The notes under the pieces: generated by a model
What the model saw: the letters and a program-made list of their open reading frames with translations, nothing else
What the model was told of the DNA's origin: nothing
The model's database searches: none
Made by a program: the position numbers and the translations under genes
In this document: positions 1 to 9,962 of the stretch, one piece after another
How the letters are laid out: every line of letters begins with the position of its first letter
Position numbering within the stretch: position 1 is the stretch's first letter
Source: a virus
Taxonomy: Duplodnaviria > Caudoviricetes
Virus record (IMG/VR): IMGVR_UViG_3300020034_000016
Location: 1 to 57,508 of that record
Reading direction: 5' to 3' (one strand)
DNA: 57,508 nt

Positions 1-2
1 AA

Positions 3-200
3 ACAGGCAATGAAGAAAAGTTGTCCTCGCTACGGATGGCCATTTGTGTTCATTGCCTGTTTTCCAATCCCTCGAAGGTCCTGGTGATTTTGAAAGGGAA
101 TGCCACGTATGAGAAGAGTCTGCAGTGCACGAAATGTACTTGTCCGTGCCTGGAGAAGAGCTTAGTGATTGATGAAACCTGCCCTATTCAAAAATGGTAA
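3..200 (+). CDS. Cys-rich small phage protein, 5' truncated by window edge
   Basis: Frame-3 translation ...RMAICVHC...QCTKCTCPCLEKSLVIDETCPIQKW*, a CxxC/CPxxKW pattern common in small phage zinc-binding proteins. Confidence 0.65.
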   Translation, partial: TGNEEKLSSLRMAICVHCLFSNPSKVLVILKGNATYEKSLQCTKCTCPCLEKSLVIDETCPIQKW

Positions 201-202
201 CC

Positions 203-550
203 ATGGGCGCCTATGACTATTATAGAAATTATTGTGTGTGCTCCGGTATCCCGATTTGGATCGGCATGCATGATCTGGAGGGTGACGAAACGAGCAGGTA
301 CCCGGTGAACGTGTACAATGTGAATAATGAACTGATCGGCCAGGCGGCAGGCAAAGCAGAATATATCGAGATCTGGAATGGAGATACATCAAATCAGGAG
401 CTGGGAGTTCTGTCATCTGGTTTCGGTCCCTTCGGTTTTAACCTGGATCTCGAGCCCGGACAAGATGCGCCGCCTTATGTGATCGGTGAATTCGATGGGG
501 TGGTCCAAACTGGAATTTATGCAGTTCAATATGAAAATTCTTACGAGTAA
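203..550 (+). CDS. Hypothetical protein, probably virion-associated
   Basis: Acidic ORF in tail-module context; stop overlaps next ATG (TAATG); ATG203 preferred over ATG194. Confidence 0.6.
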   Translation: MGAYDYYRNYCVCSGIPIWIGMHDLEGDETSRYPVNVYNVNNELIGQAAGKAEYIEIWNGDTSNQELGVLSSGFGPFGFNLDLEPGQDAPPYVIGEFDGVVQTGIYAVQYENSYE

Positions 551-1143
551 TGGCAACAATCAACGAAATACTGGATGAAACGGAAGATAATATCCGGTCA
601 AAGAATTTGCCGGGAACCATCACCCGCGTCAATGATGCGAACCTTCGCGATAAGGTTACCATGGAGCTGCGAGATCGCGGCATTCTTCGCCTACCCAGTA
701 CTGCTGAGTTATTAACTGCTTCCAAAGATAATACGAAAATAGTGCTGGTGATCAGCAAAGGCTTGTTTGTCATCACTAGCACACCCGACTCTGCTGACAA
801 TATCACCACATTCGCCTCAGCTAATGCCGGTTGGTTATGGGTACTCATCTGCGATTTTCAGGCAAGCGGCTTAAAAGATCAGTTTGCGATCGCAGAGGAT
901 GATAGTTATACAATTGAGGCCGGGTTCATGATCGATAAAATATTGATCAAACCGGTGGGCATTATCACTGCGAAGGTAGGCTTAACCAATGGTGGGGAAG
1001 AGATTATGGAGGCGAATGTACTACCGGCTAATAAATGGTATTCGATCAACCGTGATATCATGACCACCAACACAGATATCAATATCTATTTCACTGGCAT
1101 CACGGCCGGCACGACCGTGATCATATACAAACGAATTATATGA
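550..1143 (+). CDS. Hypothetical virion/tail-associated protein
   Basis: 197-aa ORF translationally coupled to both neighbours. Confidence 0.6.
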   Translation: MATINEILDETEDNIRSKNLPGTITRVNDANLRDKVTMELRDRGILRLPSTAELLTASKDNTKIVLVISKGLFVITSTPDSADNITTFASANAGWLWVLICDFQASGLKDQFAIAEDDSYTIEAGFMIDKILIKPVGIITAKVGLTNGGEEIMEANVLPANKWYSINRDIMTTNTDINIYFTGITAGTTVIIYKRII

Positions 1144-4100
1144 AGAAAATCATTTCCATCATTCCTCTTTTATTCCTTATCCACCTGGTGCAGGGGCAGG
1201 ATGTTCGCGCAACACGGGTCAAATCGGACAGTGCACTTACGGGTCCGGTTGATACGCTTAAGTCCGCGCGTAACGGTTCTATAGCTTCGAAGAACGGCAT
1301 CAACTATTTCAAAGACGGCGATCCTGCGTTATCCAACGGTCACTGGATCCGCCAGATTTCCAGTAAAGACACGACCTCGATATTAGCTACTAAAACCGAT
1401 ATCGCCGGGCTTAGTGGAGGTGGCGGTATATCCGATGGAGATAAAGGTGATGTCACGGTATCAGCGGCGGGATCCAGCTGGCTGATCAATAACAATGCGA
1501 TCAGCAATGCAAAACTGAGGCAGTCCGCTGCTTTATCCATTATGGGGCGATCAGCCAACTCAACCGGCAATATTGCGGATATTTCTGCTTCTAGTGATGG
1601 TCAGCTTCTCCGGAGGTCGGGAACAACTTTAGGCTTTGGTTCGTTGGATATGGCGAATACAAGTGCGGTGACCGGTCTTTTGCCGGATGGAAATATATCG
1701 TCGGCTTCAGCCTGGAATGCCAAAATCTCAAATATCACTGGACTTGTTTCTCAAGGCACCAACGTGACCATATCGGGCCTGGGAACTTCCGTCAGCCCCT
1801 TTGTGATAAATGCAACAGGCGGCGCTGGCGGAGGACTGTCAGGGGGTAACGCAGGTTCGAAGTTTAGATTGTATTTGCCTGCCTCCAGTGCGGTAAGGAG
1901 CCTTGGATTCTCCAACCAGTTTTTAGCTGATACCAGCACAACTGGAGAATTGAATCAGAAATTGGATACCAGTATCATCCGGACCGTTTTGAATAGCTAT
2001 GACAAATCTCAAATCAATACGATCGCTAACTCCAAGACCAATCTATCGGATACGGCGAACATGCTGGCCAATTACACCCGCCGTGCCGAATTACTAGATA
2101 CCGCCAACGCGCTGCGAATCACTATTGGCAATGGCGGAGGTAGCGGGCCATCATTTGTGAAATCTCTTATCAATAGCGCCGGCACAGTTGCGCTGATCAA
2201 CGATGTCACAACTCCGAAAAAAGGATACTATTACGGCGCGTCGCAGCGCAAGGACAGCGCTCGCGGTTATCACGAACTCGAAGAAACATTTTTAGGAACG
2301 CTTTATAATGCGAATACCTGGTCAACGACTGGAGATTTCATACAAACAGGCGTGACGGCTTCGGTTGTAAGTAATAAGATCCAGGTAACGCCAATAGCGA
2401 ATAATACGTTTACCGCGACACTTGATATCGATAATATCCTCGGCAATGTTCCTTTCCAAAATCTTCAGCGATGGAAGTTCACGGCGAAAGTGAAGATCGA
2501 TGCAGTTTCATCCACCTCATTCGGTTGGGGAATCGGTACGCATTCGTACAATGATTTCGGAATGAATAATGGGATGGGGCGATTTGGCGGCCAGACCGGC
2601 AATGGCTCTATTATTCAGAACGGTGGTGGCCTTACGGAACAATTGGACAGTACGATAAGAAAGTTATCCTGGTCGTCCGGAGATTACCTGATCATGACAG
2701 TAGAGAGGAACGGACACCACATTTCTACAAAGATTTATAATTCTACTACCAATACGGTCGGCATCGATACATCGTATGATTATTCCTGGTCAATCGCGCC
2801 ATCAACGCCCAACACGGGGAAATTCGCTTTCTTTCTTCGCGGCGGACAGATCACCATCGATAGTATTTCGATCACCAGCACGGAGCCTAAGAATGCTATG
2901 GTAATGTTCGGCGGAGACAGTCGGACAGATGGGTATTCAAGCACAAGTGAACAAGCTTCGTGGACTTTCATCTTGAATAAATATTATACCTCCGCCATAA
3001 AGATGGCCGGAGGGTTCGACCGCACAAAAGAGTTGGCGAAGACTGTAGCCCTCGCCATCGCCATGCGTCCGAAGCAATATGTTATTTGTGGAATTGGCAT
3101 TAATGACCTGGCGCAGGGAGCAGAAATTCTTTCCGTGATCACGAACCGGTATGATAGCATAGCGACCGCTCTTGAGGCGGCAGGGATCGAAGTATTTCAT
3201 GCCCCAATGTACGCCTCGACCGTTAATTATAAACCTATTTATGACCACATCGTCGCCACCTATTCGGCCGACAGGATATTGCCAACTTATCCAACTTTCA
3301 TCAAAGCAGGCAATCTAACCTCGGGGGGTCTTCATCAAAACGATTCGGGTAGTGTAGATTATGCGGACGCGATATTAAATTCCTTCAAACTGTATCCCGG
3401 CAGTAATAGATATAACAATATTCCCGCTGCGGCAGATCTGGATATCCCTCCGTATTTGGCGATTGGTAATGTGATAAAAAATAGTCTGACAACCGCTGTG
3501 CCGGGGAATGTCTTGTTCGCGGGATTGGGTGGTAAGCTATCGCAGCATACGAACAATTTCATTTATGACAGCACTAATAACAGGCTCGGCGTAGGGGTTG
3601 CTCCATTATACAAGATACACGCCTTTGCGGCGTCTGGAGCGGTTGATATTACTGCCCAATCCACGAGCGCGAGTAATGTCAATATCCATACGCAAAACAG
3701 CCTGGAGAACTGGATTTTCGGTGTGAAAGCATCAGGTGTATGGGCGTTGACAGACATTGGCGGAGCGGAACGGGTCACAGTTGATGGATCAACCGGATCA
3801 TTCGGTATCGGTAATACGGCACCCGTGGCACGGTTGAGTGTCGGTACAGCCGCCAGTATTCTCGGGACTATCTCGGTAGCAGGTAATTCCTCGGGTACGA
3901 TAACCATGACACCGCAAGCTGCAGCGGGTACGTATAATTGGAACTGGCCGATAACAGCTGGCGGCATAGGGCAACGGTTAACGTCACAAGGGGGTGGATC
4001 TACGGCGATGACCTGGACGAGCGCGGTTGATTCTATATACAAGAATGCGGGCGGCGACAGCACGGTATTCACGATCGACGGACGGAGACACGCGGTTATC

Positions 4101-5387
4101 GATGTTGCGGGAAGCGGAACCGGAACAAGTAATACCAATGCAGGAACGGGCAATGATTTAGTGATCGAGAACACGCAGGAAGTGAAGCGACTTGCAGTGG
4201 CCTATGGAATATCGAAAGATTCGGCGACAACGAAGACTAATACCCTTCGCCTTGACTCGGCTACCGTCTATTCGGCTGTAAGAGCATTCATCACAGCTAT
4301 GGCGGGCGGCGGCGGTGGATCGGGAACGATGACTAATCTTGCTACTGGCTATGGAATGACTGGCGGCCCGATCACAACTACAGGTACAGTCGCATTCGAC
4401 AGTGCTACCGCCTTCCCACATCTTCGGTCGACACTATATTCTGGAGCAATCCCTCATTCCGGATTACTCGGGTTGACCACCGGCGATGATCATACACAAT
4501 ATGCATTACTTGCTGGACGGTCAGCGGGTCAAACGTATATCGGTTCCACCGGCACAACAACGGGACTGAATATCCGGGCAACATCAGGCGTAGGTACAAC
4601 CGGATCTAATATTCTGTTTCAGGTAGGTAATAACGGCGCGACGGAAGCAATGCGAATTGATAACGCCGGAAAAGTGGCGATTGGTCAGAATGTCACCAGT
4701 AAAATGCTGACCGTAAAGGCGGCCAGTGCAGCTTCCGCGGTGGCTGTAAGCGCAAGCGCAGCCGCTACGTCCGCGTCAATGGACTACACTGTACCAACAG
4801 TAGGCACTATGTCAACCGGTCTTCGCCCGGCCCTCACCTGGGTAATAAATTCCGCCGCTGATCTCGGGGGCACAGATAGGGTAACGGTAACACAAGGCGG
4901 ATTGGTAGGTGTTGCAACTACAGCACCGGAACAAGCCCTTGATGTAAACGGGCAGGTTAAAATCAGAGGCATTGCCGGCGCGGCGGTTGGATCGATCGAT
5001 AGTGTCGTGGTAATGGAGGACGGGAAGTTGAAGGCAGCACCATTTTTTGGTGAAAGCGACTATACTCCCACCGCTACCAATATAGCCAATACCAGCGCGA
5101 TAACTCCCACGGTTGCCAGTTGGTTTCGCATTGGGAATAAGGTGCATGTTGATGGAAAGATCGATATCACACCGACAACAGCCGCAACTCTTACACAGCT
5201 CCGGATCACACTACCCATACCATCCAATTTTTCGGCGGTAACGGATTGCTCCGGGGGTTTTTCATCGCAAAATGAAGGTGGGGGAATATCCGCAGACGGT
5301 ACGAATGATCAGGCTGTTTTATTCATTATTCCTATTGGGAACGCCATTACGACCTATACCTATTGGTTTACTTATAAAATTATCTAA
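1140..5387 (+). CDS. Tail fibre/spike-like protein with SGNH/GDSL esterase domain and N-terminal signal peptide
   Basis: Gly/Ser/Thr-rich; phage fibre motifs (ISDGDKGDVTVS, GLTTGDDHTQY, GIGNTAP/GVATTAP); SGNH blocks GDSRT, GINDL, GLHQN; N-terminus MKKIISIIPLLFLIHLVQG-Q. Confidence 0.75.
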   Translation: MKKIISIIPLLFLIHLVQGQDVRATRVKSDSALTGPVDTLKSARNGSIASKNGINYFKDGDPALSNGHWIRQISSKDTTSILATKTDIAGLSGGGGISDGDKGDVTVSAAGSSWLINNNAISNAKLRQSAALSIMGRSANSTGNIADISASSDGQLLRRSGTTLGFGSLDMANTSAVTGLLPDGNISSASAWNAKISNITGLVSQGTNVTISGLGTSVSPFVINATGGAGGGLSGGNAGSKFRLYLPASSAVRSLGFSNQFLADTSTTGELNQKLDTSIIRTVLNSYDKSQINTIANSKTNLSDTANMLANYTRRAELLDTANALRITIGNGGGSGPSFVKSLINSAGTVALINDVTTPKKGYYYGASQRKDSARGYHELEETFLGTLYNANTWSTTGDFIQTGVTASVVSNKIQVTPIANNTFTATLDIDNILGNVPFQNLQRWKFTAKVKIDAVSSTSFGWGIGTHSYNDFGMNNGMGRFGGQTGNGSIIQNGGGLTEQLDSTIRKLSWSSGDYLIMTVERNGHHISTKIYNSTTNTVGIDTSYDYSWSIAPSTPNTGKFAFFLRGGQITIDSISITSTEPKNAMVMFGGDSRTDGYSSTSEQASWTFILNKYYTSAIKMAGGFDRTKELAKTVALAIAMRPKQYVICGIGINDLAQGAEILSVITNRYDSIATALEAAGIEVFHAPMYASTVNYKPIYDHIVATYSADRILPTYPTFIKAGNLTSGGLHQNDSGSVDYADAILNSFKLYPGSNRYNNIPAAADLDIPPYLAIGNVIKNSLTTAVPGNVLFAGLGGKLSQHTNNFIYDSTNNRLGVGVAPLYKIHAFAASGAVDITAQSTSASNVNIHTQNSLENWIFGVKASGVWALTDIGGAERVTVDGSTGSFGIGNTAPVARLSVGTAASILGTISVAGNSSGTITMTPQAAAGTYNWNWPITAGGIGQRLTSQGGGSTAMTWTSAVDSIYKNAGGDSTVFTIDGRRHAVIDVAGSGTGTSNTNAGTGNDLVIENTQEVKRLAVAYGISKDSATTKTNTLRLDSATVYSAVRAFITAMAGGGGGSGTMTNLATGYGMTGGPITTTGTVAFDSATAFPHLRSTLYSGAIPHSGLLGLTTGDDHTQYALLAGRSAGQTYIGSTGTTTGLNIRATSGVGTTGSNILFQVGNNGATEAMRIDNAGKVAIGQNVTSKMLTVKAASAASAVAVSASAAATSASMDYTVPTVGTMSTGLRPALTWVINSAADLGGTDRVTVTQGGLVGVATTAPEQALDVNGQVKIRGIAGAAVGSIDSVVVMEDGKLKAAPFFGESDYTPTATNIANTSAITPTVASWFRIGNKVHVDGKIDITPTTAATLTQLRITLPIPSNFSAVTDCSGGFSSQNEGGGISADGTNDQAVLFIIPIGNAITTYTYWFTYKII

Positions 5388-5389
5388 AC

Positions 5390-6676
5390 ATGAAATATTT
5401 ACTCTATCCCTTATTACTCGTTTCGACAATTTGCCAGGGGCAGCTGACAACCGGAATCATTGAGTCAGTGAACCCGGCAAGTCTGTTGCCAATAAGAGGC
5501 TACGGTCTCCCTATAGCTACGTGTGCAGTGGATCATCACGGGTTGCCGTGCCCCGGCTATGGGACTTTGATTATCAATCCAGGGCAGTTCATTATCGCGG
5601 ACGGGCTTGTAGTAGACATTAAGTCGTCAAATGTTCTTGACACAATAGCGCCCGAAAAAGTATGGATCACCGCCACAGGCGATACAATTAAGCTTTTCAA
5701 ACAAAAGAGGGCTATCTATTATGACAGTACATGGCTTGAATACGATGCCTACGTAAAGCCTCCCGTCGTTATACCTCCGGTAGTCACACCACCGCCAACC
5801 ATTCCTCCGGTTCTGACAACCAGGAAGAATATCGCCTTCCAATCCCTCGGCAGCGAATCTGACGCCATTAGTAAGTGGCCGGCTAAGCACTCAAGTACTA
5901 GTTATGGGATCACGACAGCTACAATGGGCGGCCGGGCGTCTATTCGGTTTGAAGTGAGAAAGACAGATCCTATCTATGCGGGGGGTCTCCGTGCAGAGCT
6001 CGCAAGGTATTCGGATATCAATAAAGCCACTTACGAAGTGCTGTACGGGATATCCTATTACATCCCGACGGACTGGGTGAATGATCAGTCGACTCTGTTC
6101 GATATCGTTCACCAATGGCACGACAACGGGTATCAGACGCCCACAGGTGATGTTCCGGAATACAAATCTCCATTTGATTTCGGTATCGATGGATCTACAT
6201 GGCAGTACCAGGTAAGATCCGGCGCCGGCAATGTCGAGAAGAAATTCGCGATCGGTATGGTCGAAAAAGGAAAATGGATCGACTTCGTCATCCACATAAA
6301 ATTCGTCCGCACTGGCTCGGCCGGGCTTGTTGAGATCTGGAAGGATGGGAAACTCGCCAGCTCCTACGCCGGCGCTGTGGGCTATGATCATTACTGGGCT
6401 CCTTACTTCAAGATGGGCAATTATAAGTGGCCATGGAACCCCCAGGATCTCGCCTGTTGCGGTGCGACCAATTCGAAAGTCCACGTGCTATACATCAGCA
6501 ACTTCCGGTTAGGAACGAATGCGGCCACAGTTGCAGACGTTACACCGGCCACTACTTTTTTGTCATGGCCACAGCGCTACTATAATTTGAATGCCGTAAA
6601 CCTGACCCATCAGTTCGTGATGAATAAGCTGGATGCCGAGATGCCCGATGGGCGAAGGGAGGAATATAGAAATTAA
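5390..6676 (+). CDS. Secreted polysaccharide lyase (jelly-roll, heparin lyase I-like fold)
   Basis: Motifs RAEL, YGISYYIP, IVHQWH, GKWIDFVIHI, VEIWKDGK, PYFKMGNYK; Pro-rich linker; signal peptide MKYLLYPLLLVSTICQG-Q. Confidence 0.75.
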   Translation: MKYLLYPLLLVSTICQGQLTTGIIESVNPASLLPIRGYGLPIATCAVDHHGLPCPGYGTLIINPGQFIIADGLVVDIKSSNVLDTIAPEKVWITATGDTIKLFKQKRAIYYDSTWLEYDAYVKPPVVIPPVVTPPPTIPPVLTTRKNIAFQSLGSESDAISKWPAKHSSTSYGITTATMGGRASIRFEVRKTDPIYAGGLRAELARYSDINKATYEVLYGISYYIPTDWVNDQSTLFDIVHQWHDNGYQTPTGDVPEYKSPFDFGIDGSTWQYQVRSGAGNVEKKFAIGMVEKGKWIDFVIHIKFVRTGSAGLVEIWKDGKLASSYAGAVGYDHYWAPYFKMGNYKWPWNPQDLACCGATNSKVHVLYISNFRLGTNAATVADVTPATTFLSWPQRYYNLNAVNLTHQFVMNKLDAEMPDGRREEYRN

Positions 6677-6722
6677 CAGCGCATGCAGACCCTTTGAAAA
6701 CTAAACCCAATGAACACAAGCC

Positions 6723-7031
6723 ATGGAAAAAAGGAAGTCGGACGTCGACCAGGAATTTACGGATATCGGTATGCTGACTTCTGCACAACGAAGAGGATTT
6801 GTGAAGTTCATCATAGCCGTTATGCTAATCGCGATCGGGACGCTTTTCTACTGGGGAAAGAACCTGGACAATAAATGGGCCGATCGGTTTGACCGTAAGG
6901 ACCAGGAACTACAGCAGACGCACAGAGACTATCGAGAAATCATTATCCAAATGGTAAACCGAAAGAACATAACTGAGAGTAAAGTTGACACTGCCATTCA
7001 AGATTTAAAAACTAAAAGTCAACAACCATGA
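6723..7031 (+). CDS. Single-TM coiled-coil membrane protein of the lysis cassette
   Basis: TM segment FIIAVMLIAIGTLFYW followed by a charged helical tail; lies upstream of holin and lysin. Confidence 0.55.
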   Translation: MEKRKSDVDQEFTDIGMLTSAQRRGFVKFIIAVMLIAIGTLFYWGKNLDNKWADRFDRKDQELQQTHRDYREIIIQMVNRKNITESKVDTAIQDLKTKSQQP

Positions 7032-7414
7032 AAAAGTTAACGCTTCTTATCGCAATCGGCTTTGTTGTCGCCCTGTCCATTAACCCTCCTTTTGTGGGTT
7101 CTTCCCAGGAAGTCGCAGTGTTGATGGACAAACAAGTAGATACCTCCAAGGCGTTCGTTAGCCAGGAGAACGCAGCCTTGATCGATTCTTTCAACAGGAT
7201 CGATGAACGGCTAAGCAAAAAACTCGATACCCTAAACTACCTGGCTAAGGCGGTGCCTGCAGACAAAGCAAAGGAAGTCCTGAAAAAATACTTCGTGACT
7301 TCTTACGAGGCGCCGTTATCGGTCATGAAATTGGAATTCTCGGATAAATACCTGCTGATCCAGTACGATTCAATCAATAAATATTTCAATCTCAAGGAAA
7401 TCATCTTAAAATAA
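7028..7414 (+). CDS. Exported/membrane-anchored protein, lysis cassette
   Basis: Hydrophobic N-terminus MKKLTLLIAIGFVVALSI. Confidence 0.55.
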   Translation: MKKLTLLIAIGFVVALSINPPFVGSSQEVAVLMDKQVDTSKAFVSQENAALIDSFNRIDERLSKKLDTLNYLAKAVPADKAKEVLKKYFVTSYEAPLSVMKLEFSDKYLLIQYDSINKYFNLKEIILK

Positions 7415-7420
7415 ACAAGT

Positions 7421-7837
7421 ATGCAACTCACATTTTGGCAAAAAAACAAAGTATTTCTTCTCGGTCTTTTGGCGGCCTTCGCGGCCGGTATTACTCCATT
7501 CGTGCAGACCGCATCAACATCGGAGCAGGTCAAATGGACAACAGTTGGTTTCGCGGCCGGGCTCGCTATCTTATCCTACCTCGCAAAAGAATGGAGAGGA
7601 CAAGGCCTCAGTATTGTGGGCATTCTCGGAAACGCAGCGGGCGTGATCACCACGCTGCTCAGCACTGGTGGACACATCGATCCAGTTCAGCTGGTCCTTC
7701 AACTTCTACTTTCCGTCATCGCAGCAGCAGGTGCCGATCCTAAATCTCGGGGTTATGAGCAATCGACGGTAATAAAGGAAGCAAAAAAAGAAGGCGAAGA
7801 AATTCAGCCCGCATCTCTAACCGCCAAACCAAAATGA
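7421..7837 (+). CDS. Putative holin
   Basis: 138 aa with 3-4 hydrophobic segments and a charged C-terminal tail, near the endolysin. Confidence 0.65.
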   Translation: MQLTFWQKNKVFLLGLLAAFAAGITPFVQTASTSEQVKWTTVGFAAGLAILSYLAKEWRGQGLSIVGILGNAAGVITTLLSTGGHIDPVQLVLQLLLSVIAAAGADPKSRGYEQSTVIKEAKKEGEEIQPASLTAKPK

Positions 7838-8562
7838 AAAACGGTATCATCATGGGCGTGATGGCCTGCAGCATCGCGGTACTCCTGTTCCTGCTGATCA
7901 AATGGAATTGCACCAAGTCCAGCCCGGACATAGTCGCAGTTGTCGATAGCGTTCAATACTATCGCAACAAATTAAACCAAGAGGTAGCGGCCATTAAGCA
8001 GCGGGAACAGGATTACTATAAGGCGCCGCCTGGCTACCTCGATAGCATTGCGAAACTTCATAATACAGTCACCAATCTGCTCCAGGAAGTCGAAGCGCTC
8101 CGTTTAAGAGGCTCGGTGAAGCTTGCCACAGGTAGCCACCCAGAGATTATTTACCGTTATAAGGGATCTCCCGTGATTGATACCATGCCGGGCGGCCATG
8201 ATCCAGGTGACTCCGCAATATCTGTTACGCAAACATTCTCCAATCCTTACTATTCCGCTGTGGCTAACATATCGCTTCATGGCGATTCATCTTATTTATG
8301 GATCGAAAGTTATGATACCCTCAGGGTGGTGGCAAAGTTGGTAAAGGAAGGACATCTGTTTAATCGACAGACATACCTGCAGGTAGATGCTGTCAACACG
8401 AATCCTTACAACAGAATTCAAGGCCTATCGGTCTATCGAAAGCCGTTGCCAAAGCCCAAGAAAATCGGAATTGGTATTCAGGTAGGATACGGGTTTTCAA
8501 ATTCACTCACTCCCTCAATTTATGTAGGCGTGGGAATATCCTATAATATTCTTCGATTATGA
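7834..8562 (+). CDS. Membrane-anchored lysis accessory protein (unimolecular spanin-like)
   Basis: N-terminal TM, coiled coil, and a C-terminal amphipathic beta-hairpin (IGIGIQVGYG...YVGVGISYNIL). Confidence 0.55.
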   Translation: MKNGIIMGVMACSIAVLLFLLIKWNCTKSSPDIVAVVDSVQYYRNKLNQEVAAIKQREQDYYKAPPGYLDSIAKLHNTVTNLLQEVEALRLRGSVKLATGSHPEIIYRYKGSPVIDTMPGGHDPGDSAISVTQTFSNPYYSAVANISLHGDSSYLWIESYDTLRVVAKLVKEGHLFNRQTYLQVDAVNTNPYNRIQGLSVYRKPLPKPKKIGIGIQVGYGFSNSLTPSIYVGVGISYNILRL

Positions 8563-9281
8563 CATACCCCGATATTTTATTAAAACAAGCTTCCTCGAAT
8601 GCGCCTTACGTGCGCGTATTGAAGGAGAAGCTAAACGAACAGGGCTTTGGTCCACTCGATGTCAACAACCCTAATTTCGGCGAGAGCACGGAAGCGGCTG
8701 TGATCGCTTTCCAGCGTGCGAAGCTTCTGAATCCTGATGGCGAAGTAGGTCCCTTAACATGGCACCGGCTTTTCACTGATCGTATCGCAGTCATTGCTCA
8801 GTCCACAACTTTGAACGGCCGGTCGCTTGAGATATTATTGACGCAGCTTTATGTCCGGGAGAAAACAGGGCACAATGATGGTAAGGAAGTCGAAGCCTAT
8901 CTGAATTCAGTTGGGCTCAACGCCGGGTATGCCTGGTGCGTAGCATGTCAATATTGGGCGGTGGCCAACGGAGCGGCTGAATTGTCAGTTTATAATCCAT
9001 TGCCAAGGACCGGCGGCGTACATGATATGTGGCACAGATTACCGCCTACCCTTAAAGTAACTGATCCGCAAAAAGGAGATTTGATGTTTCTCGACTTCGG
9101 CCATGGCACAGGCCACCTGACACGTATTAAAAAGCGCGAGGGAATAAACCTAGCCACGATCGAGGGGAATACATTTGCGGACCCTACCTCGGCGATCCAG
9201 GATAGAGACGGCCAGGGTATGTTCGAACGCCTAAGGAAAACAACGATGAAACAGATCATAGGTTATGCCAGAATTCCATAA
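8559..9281 (+). CDS. Endolysin: peptidoglycan-binding domain plus CHAP domain
   Basis: PG-binding motif (FGESTEAAVIAFQRAKLLNPDGEVGPLTW); CHAP motifs AWCVAC, GH, TIEGNT. Confidence 0.88.
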   Translation: MTYPDILLKQASSNAPYVRVLKEKLNEQGFGPLDVNNPNFGESTEAAVIAFQRAKLLNPDGEVGPLTWHRLFTDRIAVIAQSTTLNGRSLEILLTQLYVREKTGHNDGKEVEAYLNSVGLNAGYAWCVACQYWAVANGAAELSVYNPLPRTGGVHDMWHRLPPTLKVTDPQKGDLMFLDFGHGTGHLTRIKKREGINLATIEGNTFADPTSAIQDRDGQGMFERLRKTTMKQIIGYARIP

Positions 9282-9311
9282 ATATTTCTCATAAGCAGTC
9301 TAGTTTGGTAC

Positions 9312-9340
9312 GGCCCTTGATTTTACAGGGGCCTTTTTTT
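9312..9340 (+). terminator. Rho-independent terminator after the lysis cassette
   Basis: GGCCCTTG-loop-CAGGGGCC followed by T7. Confidence 0.8.
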
Positions 9341-9440
9341 ACTCTTACCGAAAAAATGTAAGAATACACCGGTAGATATCAAACTGACAAAAATGCTTGA
9401 CTGGGCGAAATTTACAATCCGCATGCGGCCCGCATGACAC

Positions 9441-9767
9441 TTATCTCAACCCCATCAACTCGCGATACTTATTAATCACCGCCCACTTGGTTTTTTTTAT
9501 CTTGAATTTCTTCTCCAATCCATCGGCGATCTCATCCGGAGATAAGGCGTCCCAATTCTTCAGAATGAAATCGGTTTCCGGCTTATCCCAATACCGGTTT
9601 GCCTTCTTCACCTTGTAGTAGGTAGCGGCATTACGGAGCGCAGATACGGTTGTGGATAGCATCGTCGCCACTTCTTCATTGCCGGTTGTCGGGTAGTGTT
9701 TCTTTAGCAGGGCAATCTTTTCTTTGGGCCATTCGGTAGCGGGACGGCCAGCATTCTTTTTTTTCAT
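9441..9767 (-). CDS. Small DNA-binding protein with two Myb/HTH-like repeats
   Basis: Repeats WPKEKIALLKKHYP...EEVATML and WDKPETDFILKNW...DEIADGL; start at MKKKNAGR. Confidence 0.65.
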   Translation of the reverse strand: MKKKNAGRPATEWPKEKIALLKKHYPTTGNEEVATMLSTTVSALRNAATYYKVKKANRYWDKPETDFILKNWDALSPDEIADGLEKKFKIKKTKWAVINKYRELMGLR

Positions 9768-9769
9768 GG

Positions 9770-9889
9770 TTACGATTTTAGTATTTGGAAAACGTGCCCG
9801 TAGATACACACACCAATAGTCATGAAATTGTTTACGAACTTGAAACGCGGACGGTTGCCGCTTCGGAGCTTGGAATAATTAAGTCTCAT
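9770..9889 (-). CDS. Small hypothetical protein (39 aa)
   Basis: MRLNYSKLRSGNRPRFKFVNNFMTIGVCIYGHVFQILKS*; stop lies 2 nt before the next ATG; below the ORF-track cutoff. Confidence 0.4.
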   Translation of the reverse strand: MRLNYSKLRSGNRPRFKFVNNFMTIGVCIYGHVFQILKS

Positions 9890-9962
9890 CGTTGAATAGT
9901 TTTGCCACCAAACCCCGCCTTATTAGGGCGGGGTGGCAGGCTTTTTAGAATCTACTAAAAAA

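Noticed and set aside
413-445. SSGFGPFGF in 203..550 as a third VR
   Set aside because: The DNA does not align with the TR beyond a few codons and lacks the GTCGCGTCCCG end. I saw no other VR by eye, but remote targets outside the window remain possible.
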